Origin: Thermoproteota archaeon | GTDB taxonomy: Archaea > Korarchaeota > Korarchaeia > Korarchaeales > Korarchaeaceae | Length of the DNA stretch: 64,000 bases | Assembly (NCBI GenBank): GCA_027491915.1 | Contig: JAOZGC010000002.1 | Location: 64,001 to 128,000, forward strand | Reading direction: 5' to 3' | Shown here: positions 56,685-64,000 of the stretch, one piece after another | Position numbering within the stretch: position 1 is the stretch's first letter | How the letters are laid out: every line of letters starts with the position of its first letter | Translations under genes and position numbers: made by a program | The notes under the pieces: model-generated | Told to the model about the DNA's origin: nothing | Database searches by the model: none | Seen by the model: only the letters and a program-made list of their open reading frames with translations

Positions 56685-57376
56685 TGATGTCCCTTGAGGA
56701 GGAGAAGGCGGCGGCCGCCGAGGCCGCCGTCGACATGATCCCCAGCGATGCCCGGGTTATCGGCCTGGGATCCGGCTCCACGGTGGCGCACTTCGTCCGG
56801 AGCGCGGCGAAGAGACCAGCTCTGAGGGATCTCACTTACGTCCCGTCGTCGTCGCAGATAATGGACGAGGCTCTTGGGGCAGGACTCCGGGTGATCGACG
56901 TGGACGAGGTTGAGTGGGTGGATCTGACCGTGGACGGGGCAGACGAGATCACTCCCGGAGGAACCCTGCTCAAGGGCGGCGGGGGCGCCCTGACCAGAGA
57001 GAAGGTGCTCGCGGTTAACTCCGACTTCTACCTGATAATAGCGGATCACACCAAGCTGGTCGGGGCCATATGCGAGACGAGGCCGCTGCCGGTGGAGATA
57101 CTGAGCTTCGGCAGCTCGAAGACTGTGAAGCTTCTGGAGGAAATGACCGGCTGGAGAGCATCCCTCAGGGAGGTGGGTGGCAGGCCCTTCGTCACCGACA
57201 ACGGTCAACTCATAGTGGATCTACATCCCCCAGATCCGCTGGAGGATCCAGAGTCGGTCTACACGAACCTCAAATTGGCGCCCGGCGTGTTGGAGGTGGG
57301 CATCTTTCTGGAACTTGCCGACGAGGCCGTGATCGCGAGGGGAGACCTCGTGGAGGTCCTTACCTTCTCCGCCTGA
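56681..57376 (+). CDS. rpiA: Ribose-5-phosphate isomerase A
   Basis: GLGSGST, DGADE, KGGGGALTREK, PVE, TDNG, PGVLEVG. Confidence 0.96.
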   Translation: MMMSLEEEKAAAAEAAVDMIPSDARVIGLGSGSTVAHFVRSAAKRPALRDLTYVPSSSQIMDEALGAGLRVIDVDEVEWVDLTVDGADEITPGGTLLKGGGGALTREKVLAVNSDFYLIIADHTKLVGAICETRPLPVEILSFGSSKTVKLLEEMTGWRASLREVGGRPFVTDNGQLIVDLHPPDPLEDPESVYTNLKLAPGVLEVGIFLELADEAVIARGDLVEVLTFSA

Positions 57377-57602
57377 TCAGCCGGAGCAGCGCCTGCGCCT
57401 CCTCCCTTTTCCTGTGAGATAAAAACCAGTCCAAGGCCTCGGAGACCTCGACAGGTGGAATGGGATTAGACTCGAAGAATTCCAGCATGCCTTGGAATAT
57501 TACCTCCACCCGCTGACCGGGACTGAGCCTTCTGATCCCCCGCAGGTATCCCCTCTCGGCCAGGTACCTGTGGGCCCTCTCGGCCCACTTCTCTCCCTCC
57601 AA
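57360..57602 (-). CDS. Small hypothetical protein directly downstream of the methyltransferase pseudogene
   Basis: 80-aa helical ORF abutting the pseudogene 3' end. Confidence 0.4.
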   Translation of the reverse strand: MEGEKWAERAHRYLAERGYLRGIRRLSPGQRVEVIFQGMLEFFESNPIPPVEVSEALDWFLSHRKREEAQALLRLIRRRR

Positions 57603-57603
57603 A

Positions 57604-59305
57604 TCAGGTCCCCCCCGTCCTGTCGAGCTCGTCCCCCGCCATCTCCTGGATCTCGTCGATCGTCTCCCGGGCGGCCGCTCCGTGTAGCCCCAACATCTCG
57701 GCCGCCAGCGAGTCTATTCTATCCCTCAGCTCGGGATTCATCTGCTCCCTGAAATCCGAGAGGATCTCGCCTTCCAACGATTCGATGAGCGAGCGGGCCT
57801 TCAACCTCAGTTCCTCCAGGCATGATTTGTGCGACGAGACCGGCATGCTCGCGAAGTCGGACCTGGGGAACCTAGTCCACCTGCCGCCGACCTGTCTCCC
57901 GGCGAGCAGCAGGCATCCCAAGAAGAAGGTGGGGTTGAACCATGCGGCCAGGAGTCCCTCCCCCCAGGAGGCAGATCCGGCCCAAACTATGTAGAAATTC
58001 TTTGTGGCCGAGACTGGTATCTCAGTCAAGTTTGCATAGACTCCTGGAAGTCAAATTCTGTCGATATACGTGGTAGTACCAGACTTCTCCGGAGGACCTG
58101 ATGGCCAGCGAGGCCGCGCCGGATCTCTCCCCCACCTACCTACACCTCCCCTACCTACACCTACCTACATATACTCTATAGGACGCCCTCGGGGAGGCCC
58201 TCCCTCCTCCGTCGGCGGTATTGCCACTAAGTGGTGGATCTCACCGGGGAACACCTCTCAGGAGTAGAGTCGCGGCCTCCTGAGGGCCGGGACGAGGAGA
58301 GACCTCGGGAGGTGGATTTGTTTTCCCCCGCCGTCTCTCAGGATTGACTTTCCATTGTCAGGAGATAACTCCCACACTCTGTTGGGAAGGAAGAAGAAAT
58401 CTGGGTCGTACATCCCCAACTCCACTGACTAGGCTGGAGAAGATCTCCCGACCGGCGAAGAGCCTCCCCTCCCTCAGACCCTCTTCAGAACCCGGAACAG
58501 GATCTCCTTCAGCTGGCCCCCCTCAACACGCTCAGATCGTTGAGGAATATCTCCCTCCCCGAGACGACCTGTTCCCGCAATCTCCCCCTCCCGGGGACGC
58601 TCACAGGGTCGCCGTCCAGAATACCCGTGGTGGAAGCCCGAGAACCCGAGGCCCCTGGTGGCCACTAGGAGGATCTCCTTGAAGCCGCTTCCCGTCGGCA
58701 GGGAGACGCCCCCTATCCTCCATGACCGCGACGGAGTCGAACCTCTCCACCAGCATGCCGGAGAACCCCGTACCCATAATTCGTGCAGAAGATTGAGGCC
58801 GGCAGGACAGCCGCCAGGACGCCCGACTCGGAGAGGCTACGATCGGTCAGGCGATCATATTCACCACTCCCTCGCGGATTCGAGGACGATCCCCCTCTCC
58901 TCTCCCTCTAAACGCTCCCCACCTGATGAAGGGAGAATTCGTGACGACCACGTCAGCGGCGGTAATCTTCTTCCAAACCCTGAATGCGTCCGCCCTCAGC
59001 ACCTCCAGCGAGAACCCCATCCTCGCCGCTTCCCCCGATATGGAACCTTCTGCCGCGTCGGCGGCCTTCGGATCAACGTCTACACATACCACGAGCCTTG
59101 GCCCAGCACCCCTCTGAAGTAGGGATTTTTATCAATTACCCGGCCCGCAGAAGGGATCTACCACGGTCTCGATCTTCCTCTCCACTGATTCGAGGACCTC
59201 CGCCGCCATCCTGTCGGCGACCCACTCCTTCGTGTAGAATGACGAGATGAGTTTTCTCCTCCCTTCGGCGAAAGGCTTCCTCGGGCTGATGAGACGGGCC
59301 GTCAA
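57604..59305 (-). pseudogene. Decayed N6-adenine DNA methyltransferase (type II/IIG R-M-like)
   Basis: Minus-strand fragments in order: FYTKEWVA...VVDPFCGPG (motif I) then stops, VDVDP, ADVVVTNSPF (NPPF-like), GVLAAVLPASIF, SGFKEILLVA, LLAAWFNPT; several frameshifts and stops. Confidence 0.8.
58133..58171. repeat. Short tandem repeat (CTACCTACAC-like, about 3 imperfect copies)
   Basis: cacctacctacacctcccctacctacacctacctacata, inside the pseudogene. Confidence 0.6.
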
Positions 59306-59395
59306 ACTTTCTCCCCCCTCACGCCGCCGATCTCCGCTGGCCGCGCGGTACCATCCGCTAACGCTTAAATAAAGGAGAGGAGAGGGGCTTTAAGG

Positions 59396-59515
59396 GCCGG
59401 GGTAGCTCAGCCTGGTTAGAGCGCGGGACTCATAATCCCCTATCGGCGGGCCGCCGCGCCGCCGGGCTGATGGGAGATCCCGAGGTCGCGGGTTCAAACC
59501 CCGCCCCCGGCACCA
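59396..59515 (+). tRNA. tRNA-Met(CAT), elongator type, with 42-nt intron (about 59435-59476), CCA encoded
   Basis: GCCGGGGTAGCTCAG...CGGGA-CTCATA[intron]A-TCCCG...GGTTCAAACC...CCCCGGCACCA. Confidence 0.9.
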
Positions 59516-59585
59516 CCCTCCTCGACCTCCTGGATCTCCCTCCCGAGGGCAGAATTTTATTGACCGGAGGCGGCGCCCGCGCCGG

Positions 59586-59662
59586 GGGGCCGTGGTCTAG
59601 CTTGGTAGGATGCCGGCCTTGGGAGCCGGCGGCCGTGGGTTCAAATCCCACCGGCCCCACCA
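59586..59662 (+). tRNA. tRNA-Pro(TGG), CCA encoded
   Basis: GGGGCCGTGGTCTAGC...CCGGC-CTTGGGA-GCCGG...GGTTCAAATCC...CGGCCCCACCA. Confidence 0.95.
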
Positions 59663-59730
59663 TCAAGATAGGAGCTGGGTGGGCCTAGGCTGAGAAGAAA
59701 CCTAAAATACACCCGGGCGGCTCCTCTCGA

Positions 59731-59830
59731 GCCGGGGTGCCCTAGCCCGGTAGGGGGCCGGCCTGCTAAGTGTCACCGCGGACAGCCGGTGGCCCAATGG
59801 GCCGCGCGGGTTCGAATCCCGCCCCCGGCG
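59731..59830 (+). tRNA. tRNA-Ser(GCT) with about 15-nt intron (59769-59783)
   Basis: GCCGGGGTGCCCTAG...CCGGC-CTGCTA[agtgtcaccgcggac]A-GCCGG, long variable arm, GGTTCGAATCC. Confidence 0.88.
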
Positions 59831-59835
59831 CTCTC

Positions 59836-59926
59836 GGGCCGGTGGTCTAGGGGTATGACGCCGCCCTTACACGTCGATTGGCGGAGGAAGAGGCGGAGGT
59901 CGGGGGTTCGAGTCCCCCCCGGCCCA
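59836..59926 (+). tRNA. tRNA-Val(TAC) with about 19-nt intron (59872-59890)
   Basis: GGGCCGGTGGTCTAG...CCGCC-CTTACA[intron]A-GGCGG...GGTTCGAGTCC...CCGGCCCA; 5 nt after tRNA-Ser. Confidence 0.88.
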
Positions 59927-59957
59927 CTTTCCACATCTTGGGGGCCGCGGTGATTCC

Positions 59958-61544
59958 ATGGCTAGGAGGATCGGGATCCTGGAGGAGGGAGGATTCTACG
60001 ACAGGGATCCGAGGAACTATGATCTCAGGGTTGCGGTGGTTTTTCCAGGGCCCTACAAAGAATCAATCAACTCCCTTGGCCATCAGCTGATCTACTTCCT
60101 GGCGAACTCGGTTGAGGGGGTCATGGCAGAGAGGTTCACGTCGGACATACCCGGTTCCGTAGAATCCGGCTCAAAACTGCGTGATTTTGACGTTGTGTTG
60201 GCCTCCGTTCACTACGAAGGGCAGATCCACGTTCTGCTGCGGATGCTCGCGAGGGAAGGGATATTGAGTCCCGGTTCCGGCGATCGCCCAATCGTGATGG
60301 CCGGGGGCCCTGCTCTTAGTAATCCCCTACCTGCCTCCGTCTTTCTAGACGGAGTTTTCCTAGGAGATGGGGAGAGATCCGTCCCTGCCGCCATCAGGAC
60401 GCTGGCCCAGGGGGGGAGCCCTTCAGATCTATCCGGTTACGGGGTCTACACCGGGGAGGGGAGGGTGAGGTTCGAGAGATCACCCATGGACTTCCTCCCA
60501 CCGAGGCAGCTTAGGGCGATCCTCCCCGACGGCAGACGGAACCCATTCCTCTTGGAGGTATCCAGGGGGTGCTCTAACGGGTGCAGGTTCTGCCTCATGG
60601 GATGGATCCAGCGTCCCAGGAGGGACAGGAGCTGGTCCGAACTCAGATCTCAGGTTGACCTGGCCAGGGAATTGGGATACGAGAGGATATACCTCATAGG
60701 GAGCGACGTCCTAGGGAACCCGAGATCTCTCGACCTGATGAGTTACATCTTGGACAGGGGACTGAGCTTCTCCTTGCCGTCCATCAGGGCCGACAGGATC
60801 TCCCAGGATCTGCTGGAGATCATCAGGATGGCCAGAATAAAGAGCGTCTCGCTCGCCCCGGAGACCGGGAGCCTCAACCTGGCCAAGTCAATAAACAAAC
60901 CGGTGGATCCGGATATCTACATCTCGACCGCCAGTGACCTCAGAAACGCCGGGGTCAGGAGGATTAAAGCCTATTTCATTCTGGGCCTACCCTTTGAATC
61001 TGAGGAGGACGTCTTGGAATCCGCCCGCCTCGCGTCCAAGATGTCCTCCCCCGGAAATCCCATCAAGGTAACGATAAGCCACTTCGTCCCCAAACCTCAC
61101 ACGCCGTTCGAGCGCCTCCCCATGATCCCTCCGGGCAATTACAGGGAGAGGGTGAGGCTGTTCAGGAGCCACTACGACGGCCCCATAAACGTCATGCATC
61201 CGGGGAGAGCGGCCGTTCAGGCCGCCCTTTGTCTTGGAGACGAGTCCATCGGCAAGATCGCCGTCTCGGCCGCCAGCAGACCTTTCTCCAAATATTCTTA
61301 CTGGAAGATCGCCAGGAGAGAGGGGATAGATCTCGACCGGCTGGTCTACGGGGAGAGGCCTGCTCCCTGGCGCGACGCCGTCGACGTGGGGGTGAGGGCC
61401 GAATTCTTGGAGGAAGAGGCAGATAGGGCCGTTATTGGGGAGATTACTCCATCCTGCGACGAATACTGCTCCCTGTGCGGCGCGTGTCCCCTGGGGTTCC
61501 CCGAGCGAGACGGGGCCACCCGTACATCGAGGCCAGGGCCATGA
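59958..61544 (+). CDS. Radical SAM protein (TIGR03960-like)
   Basis: FPGPY...INSLG, LEVSRGCSNGCRFC, LPSIRAD, LAPETGS, FVPKPHTPF, C-terminal C...C..CGAC. Confidence 0.88.
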   Translation: MARRIGILEEGGFYDRDPRNYDLRVAVVFPGPYKESINSLGHQLIYFLANSVEGVMAERFTSDIPGSVESGSKLRDFDVVLASVHYEGQIHVLLRMLAREGILSPGSGDRPIVMAGGPALSNPLPASVFLDGVFLGDGERSVPAAIRTLAQGGSPSDLSGYGVYTGEGRVRFERSPMDFLPPRQLRAILPDGRRNPFLLEVSRGCSNGCRFCLMGWIQRPRRDRSWSELRSQVDLARELGYERIYLIGSDVLGNPRSLDLMSYILDRGLSFSLPSIRADRISQDLLEIIRMARIKSVSLAPETGSLNLAKSINKPVDPDIYISTASDLRNAGVRRIKAYFILGLPFESEEDVLESARLASKMSSPGNPIKVTISHFVPKPHTPFERLPMIPPGNYRERVRLFRSHYDGPINVMHPGRAAVQAALCLGDESIGKIAVSAASRPFSKYSYWKIARREGIDLDRLVYGERPAPWRDAVDVGVRAEFLEEEADRAVIGEITPSCDEYCSLCGACPLGFPERDGATRTSRPGP

Positions 61545-62025
61545 GGACCCCGTGCTCGTACAGGCCCGTCCTGTCCACCGCTCCCCCGGTGAGGAACCCT
61601 ATGGCGCCCTTACCCCTCTTGGCCTCAGGTTCTCCGGTGAGCTGGGCGATAACGTCCCCCAACTCTTCCCCACGGATCAGCCTCTCGAGGATCTCGGGCG
61701 GGCACTCAAACAGCCCCGAGAAACCCCTCCCGACGGTGCCGTCCCTAGCCACCACGTAGACCAGCCCGCCGAGGTAGTGGACGCCCGCTACCCTCACGAC
61801 TCCGCCCTCTATGCCCACCCCGAAATCAGCTCTGGCAACGATCTCCATCGCCCTCTCCGCCCTGTTCTTTGCCCCCCTCAATACCTCCGAGTAGAAGGGC
61901 TCCGGCGAGGTCCCGCTGCTGACTTTAACCGCCTTTACCTCGGGGATTTCTCCGAAGAAGGCTCCAAAGGCCCTCTTCACCGCGTTGACCTTAACCGGAT
62001 TGTCCGACCCGACGGCCGCCAGCAT
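61444..62025 (-). CDS. yjjX: Inosine/xanthosine triphosphatase (YjjX/DUF84)
   Basis: AVGSDNPVKV.AV, GAKNRA, GVGIEGG, ELGDV, GAIGFLT; start trimmed to MLAAVGS. Confidence 0.88.
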   Translation of the reverse strand: MLAAVGSDNPVKVNAVKRAFGAFFGEIPEVKAVKVSSGTSPEPFYSEVLRGAKNRAERAMEIVARADFGVGIEGGVVRVAGVHYLGGLVYVVARDGTVGRGFSGLFECPPEILERLIRGEELGDVIAQLTGEPEAKRGKGAIGFLTGGAVDRTGLYEHGVLMALASMYGWPRLARGTPGDTRRTGSSIRRRME

Positions 62026-62088
62026 CTCCTTCCGGTTCTCCGGGGCAAATATTAATTGAGATCGGGGACCACCTGATTGGTGGGCGTC

Positions 62089-62367
62089 ATGCCAACTTAC
62101 GTGTTCCTCGTCTTTTACAAACTGGACTACCTCTCTCCAGAGGACGAGGAGAAGGCCAGGAGACAGTGGGAGGACATAATGGAAGAGTGGCCGGCCGAGG
62201 TAAGGTTCGTGGGAGTCTTCGACCACGCCTGGGGGACAGAGTACAACGGTTTTATAATGATGGAGGGTGAGAGCATGGATGCTTATGTCAAATTCTGGAA
62301 ATGGTTCAGAGACAAGATCCGATGGTACGTTAAAGAGACAAAAACGGTCATAGCCGTGAAGAGGTGA
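62089..62367 (+). CDS. Small hypothetical protein (ferredoxin-like alpha/beta fold)
   Basis: Aromatic-rich ORF with HAWGTEYNGF; own divergent promoter region. Confidence 0.6.
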   Translation: MPTYVFLVFYKLDYLSPEDEEKARRQWEDIMEEWPAEVRFVGVFDHAWGTEYNGFIMMEGESMDAYVKFWKWFRDKIRWYVKETKTVIAVKR

Positions 62368-63097
62368 GCCTGCGTAGCATAGACGAGCGGAGCAGGAGTC
62401 CGGTCCCCCAGCCCCTGGCCTCCTCCTCCCACCTCCTCAGGAATCTGGATATCTGCCTCGGATAGACCTCGAATTCAGCGTCGCACTTGGTCTCCGCCAG
62501 GAGCAGGCCCTCGCCGGGCGCGGTGGAGACGGTCGGTCTCCCCATCCTCACGTAATTCTCCGCCGCGCCCACGATCCTCCTGACCGCCTCCCAGCAGAAC
62601 CTCTCCCCGGATATTCTTATCAAGATCCCCCAATCCACCTCTTCCACCCCGACGTCGTCGACCTCGAGCCGCCCCCCTCCCCTGCACAGCCTGCTAGGTC
62701 CCAGGGACAGGGCGGCCTCCAATCCCTCTCTGAAGACCTCCGGATCCAAAGGCCCCGGGATGAAGTAGACGTAGGTCTTGAGGCGACAGACGTCCCTCAA
62801 CCTGACTCCCTCAGGCGCCTTCCCCATGGCCCATGCGGAGACGTCCCCTGGCAACAGGTAGTTCAGCCTCCCGATGCGGCACGGAGAGCCGGGACTTCCA
62901 ACGACCGACACCACGTTATCCAGCGCCGATACTCCCCTGTCCGTCCTGGAAGAGACCTCCAGCCTCGGCTGAGTTTCGGCGCATTCAGATCTCCTTAGGG
63001 CCTCCTCCAACTCCCCCTGAACCGTCCTCAACCCCGGCTGCCTCGCGAATCCGTGGAACCCCGGGCCCAGGTAGGCCACCCTCAGCAGGAGCCTCAA
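62348..63097 (-). CDS. truA: tRNA pseudouridine synthase TruA, divergent
   Basis: VAYLG..FHGFARQP..RTVQGE, SRTDRGVSA (catalytic Asp), F.W..VRRIVG, APGEGLLL. Confidence 0.88.
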   Translation of the reverse strand: MRLLLRVAYLGPGFHGFARQPGLRTVQGELEEALRRSECAETQPRLEVSSRTDRGVSALDNVVSVVGSPGSPCRIGRLNYLLPGDVSAWAMGKAPEGVRLRDVCRLKTYVYFIPGPLDPEVFREGLEAALSLGPSRLCRGGGRLEVDDVGVEEVDWGILIRISGERFCWEAVRRIVGAAENYVRMGRPTVSTAPGEGLLLAETKCDAEFEVYPRQISRFLRRWEEEARGWGTGLLLRSSMLRRLTSSRL

Positions 63098-63144
63098 CGG
63101 CGGCGGCTCCCCCCGTTTTATTATATGGTCGACCGATCTCTTGG

Positions 63145-63747
63145 GTGCCCCCAACGGGTGTCGCCGAGAAAGCCCTGAGGCTCACGGAAATGATTCGGGA
63201 GAACCTGTCGAAGGTGGATGAGGGGGAACTGGATGGCCTAATAAGGGCCCTCCTGAGGACCATAGGCTCAGGGAAGATCTTCGTCGTCGGCGCTGGAAGG
63301 TCCGGTCTGGTCGGCAGGGCATTCGCAATGAGGTTGATGCACGTTGGATTCAGCGTCTACGTTGTTGGAGAGACCGTCACCCCTGCCCTCAAACCGGGAG
63401 ACGTTCTAATTGCGATAAGTGGGTCGGGAGAAACTAGATACCCCATAACCATAGCCCAAGAGGCCAAGAAGATAGGGGCCCTGGTGGTGGCCGTGACCAG
63501 CTTTCCGAATTCCACCTTGGGCAGCCTCGCCGACGCCGTGGTGACCATAGGGGGGAGAGTCGTCCCGAGGGGACAGAAAGACTACGAGGCCAGACAGATA
63601 ATGGGGATACACGAACCCCTGACCCCGCTGGGGACTCTGTTCGAGTTGAGCGCCATGGTCCTGCTGGACGCCGTTATAGCGGAGATGGTCCACCTGTTGG
63701 GTAAGAGCGAGGAGGACCTGGCGAACCGACATGCCACAGTCGAGTGA
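63145..63747 (+). CDS. hxlB: 6-phospho-3-hexuloisomerase
   Basis: IFVVGAGRSGLV..AFAMRLMH.G, VGETVTP, ISGSGET, PLGTLFE, RHA..E. Confidence 0.95.
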   Translation: MPPTGVAEKALRLTEMIRENLSKVDEGELDGLIRALLRTIGSGKIFVVGAGRSGLVGRAFAMRLMHVGFSVYVVGETVTPALKPGDVLIAISGSGETRYPITIAQEAKKIGALVVAVTSFPNSTLGSLADAVVTIGGRVVPRGQKDYEARQIMGIHEPLTPLGTLFELSAMVLLDAVIAEMVHLLGKSEEDLANRHATVE

Positions 63748-64000
63748 GGAGAAGCTGAGTGAGATCCTGGATTTGGCGGCCGCCCGGGTGACCCCCTCCA
63801 GGGAGGAGAGGGAGAGGGTCAGGGAGGTCGTTTCGCGGGCCGCGTCCAAGATGAGGGAGGCCCTCTCCAAGCTGGGCGTCAGGGCTCACGTGACGTTGGT
63901 CGGATCGATCGCGAGGGATACTTGGATATCAGGGGAGGCCGACGTTGACCTGTTCGTCCTCTTCAATAGGGATTTCCCGCCGGAGAGGCTCGGTCCCACT
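63731..64000 (+). CDS. cca: CCA-adding enzyme (class I), 3'-partial
   Basis: My translation: ...RVTPSREE...LVGSIARDTWISGEADVDLFVLF nucleotidyltransferase motif; runs off the window. Confidence 0.9.
   Translation, partial: MPQSSEEKLSEILDLAAARVTPSREERERVREVVSRAASKMREALSKLGVRAHVTLVGSIARDTWISGEADVDLFVLFNRDFPPERLGPT

Noticed and set aside
58133-58171. Short repeats as a possible CRISPR, iteron or origin element
   Set aside because: Only about three imperfect 10-mers with no spacers; explained as slippage inside the pseudogene. No CRISPR array was seen in the window
57850-59390. RNase P or SRP RNA in the ORF-poor region
   Set aside because: No conserved RNase P or SRP motifs recognised; the region is explained by the methyltransferase pseudogene
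62833-63144. Long N-terminal extensions in the ORF track (hxlB, wecB, atpI, yjjX, DUF359, CYTH)
   Set aside because: They overlap neighbouring genes or tRNAs and lack family similarity; starts were trimmed

Overview
GC-rich archaeal chromosomal window of mostly housekeeping genes. The combination of crenactin, short XPF, multi-OB RPA, class I LysRS, AsnRS and intron-containing tRNAs fits a TACK archaeon and is Korarchaeota-like (inference). It encodes TFB, TBP, TFE, Rpo12, Rpo6, Alba, a thermosome subunit, an A-type ATP synthase split into two convergent units, POR-type oxidoreductase subunits, RuMP/pentose enzymes (HPS, PHI, RpiA, R15P isomerase) and eight tRNAs, three with introns. Most notable: (1) an intact Form III RuBisCO-like gene that has lost essentially all catalytic residues and abuts ribose-1,5-bisphosphate isomerase tail-to-tail; (2) a compact, divergent type IV pilus locus whose membrane platform gene is frameshifted at or near a G6 run; (3) a decayed N6-adenine methyltransferase (R-M) pseudogene beside a tRNA cluster; (4) recurrent short AT-rich patches inside otherwise GC-rich genes. 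All family calls come from motif recognition by eye, not database searches.
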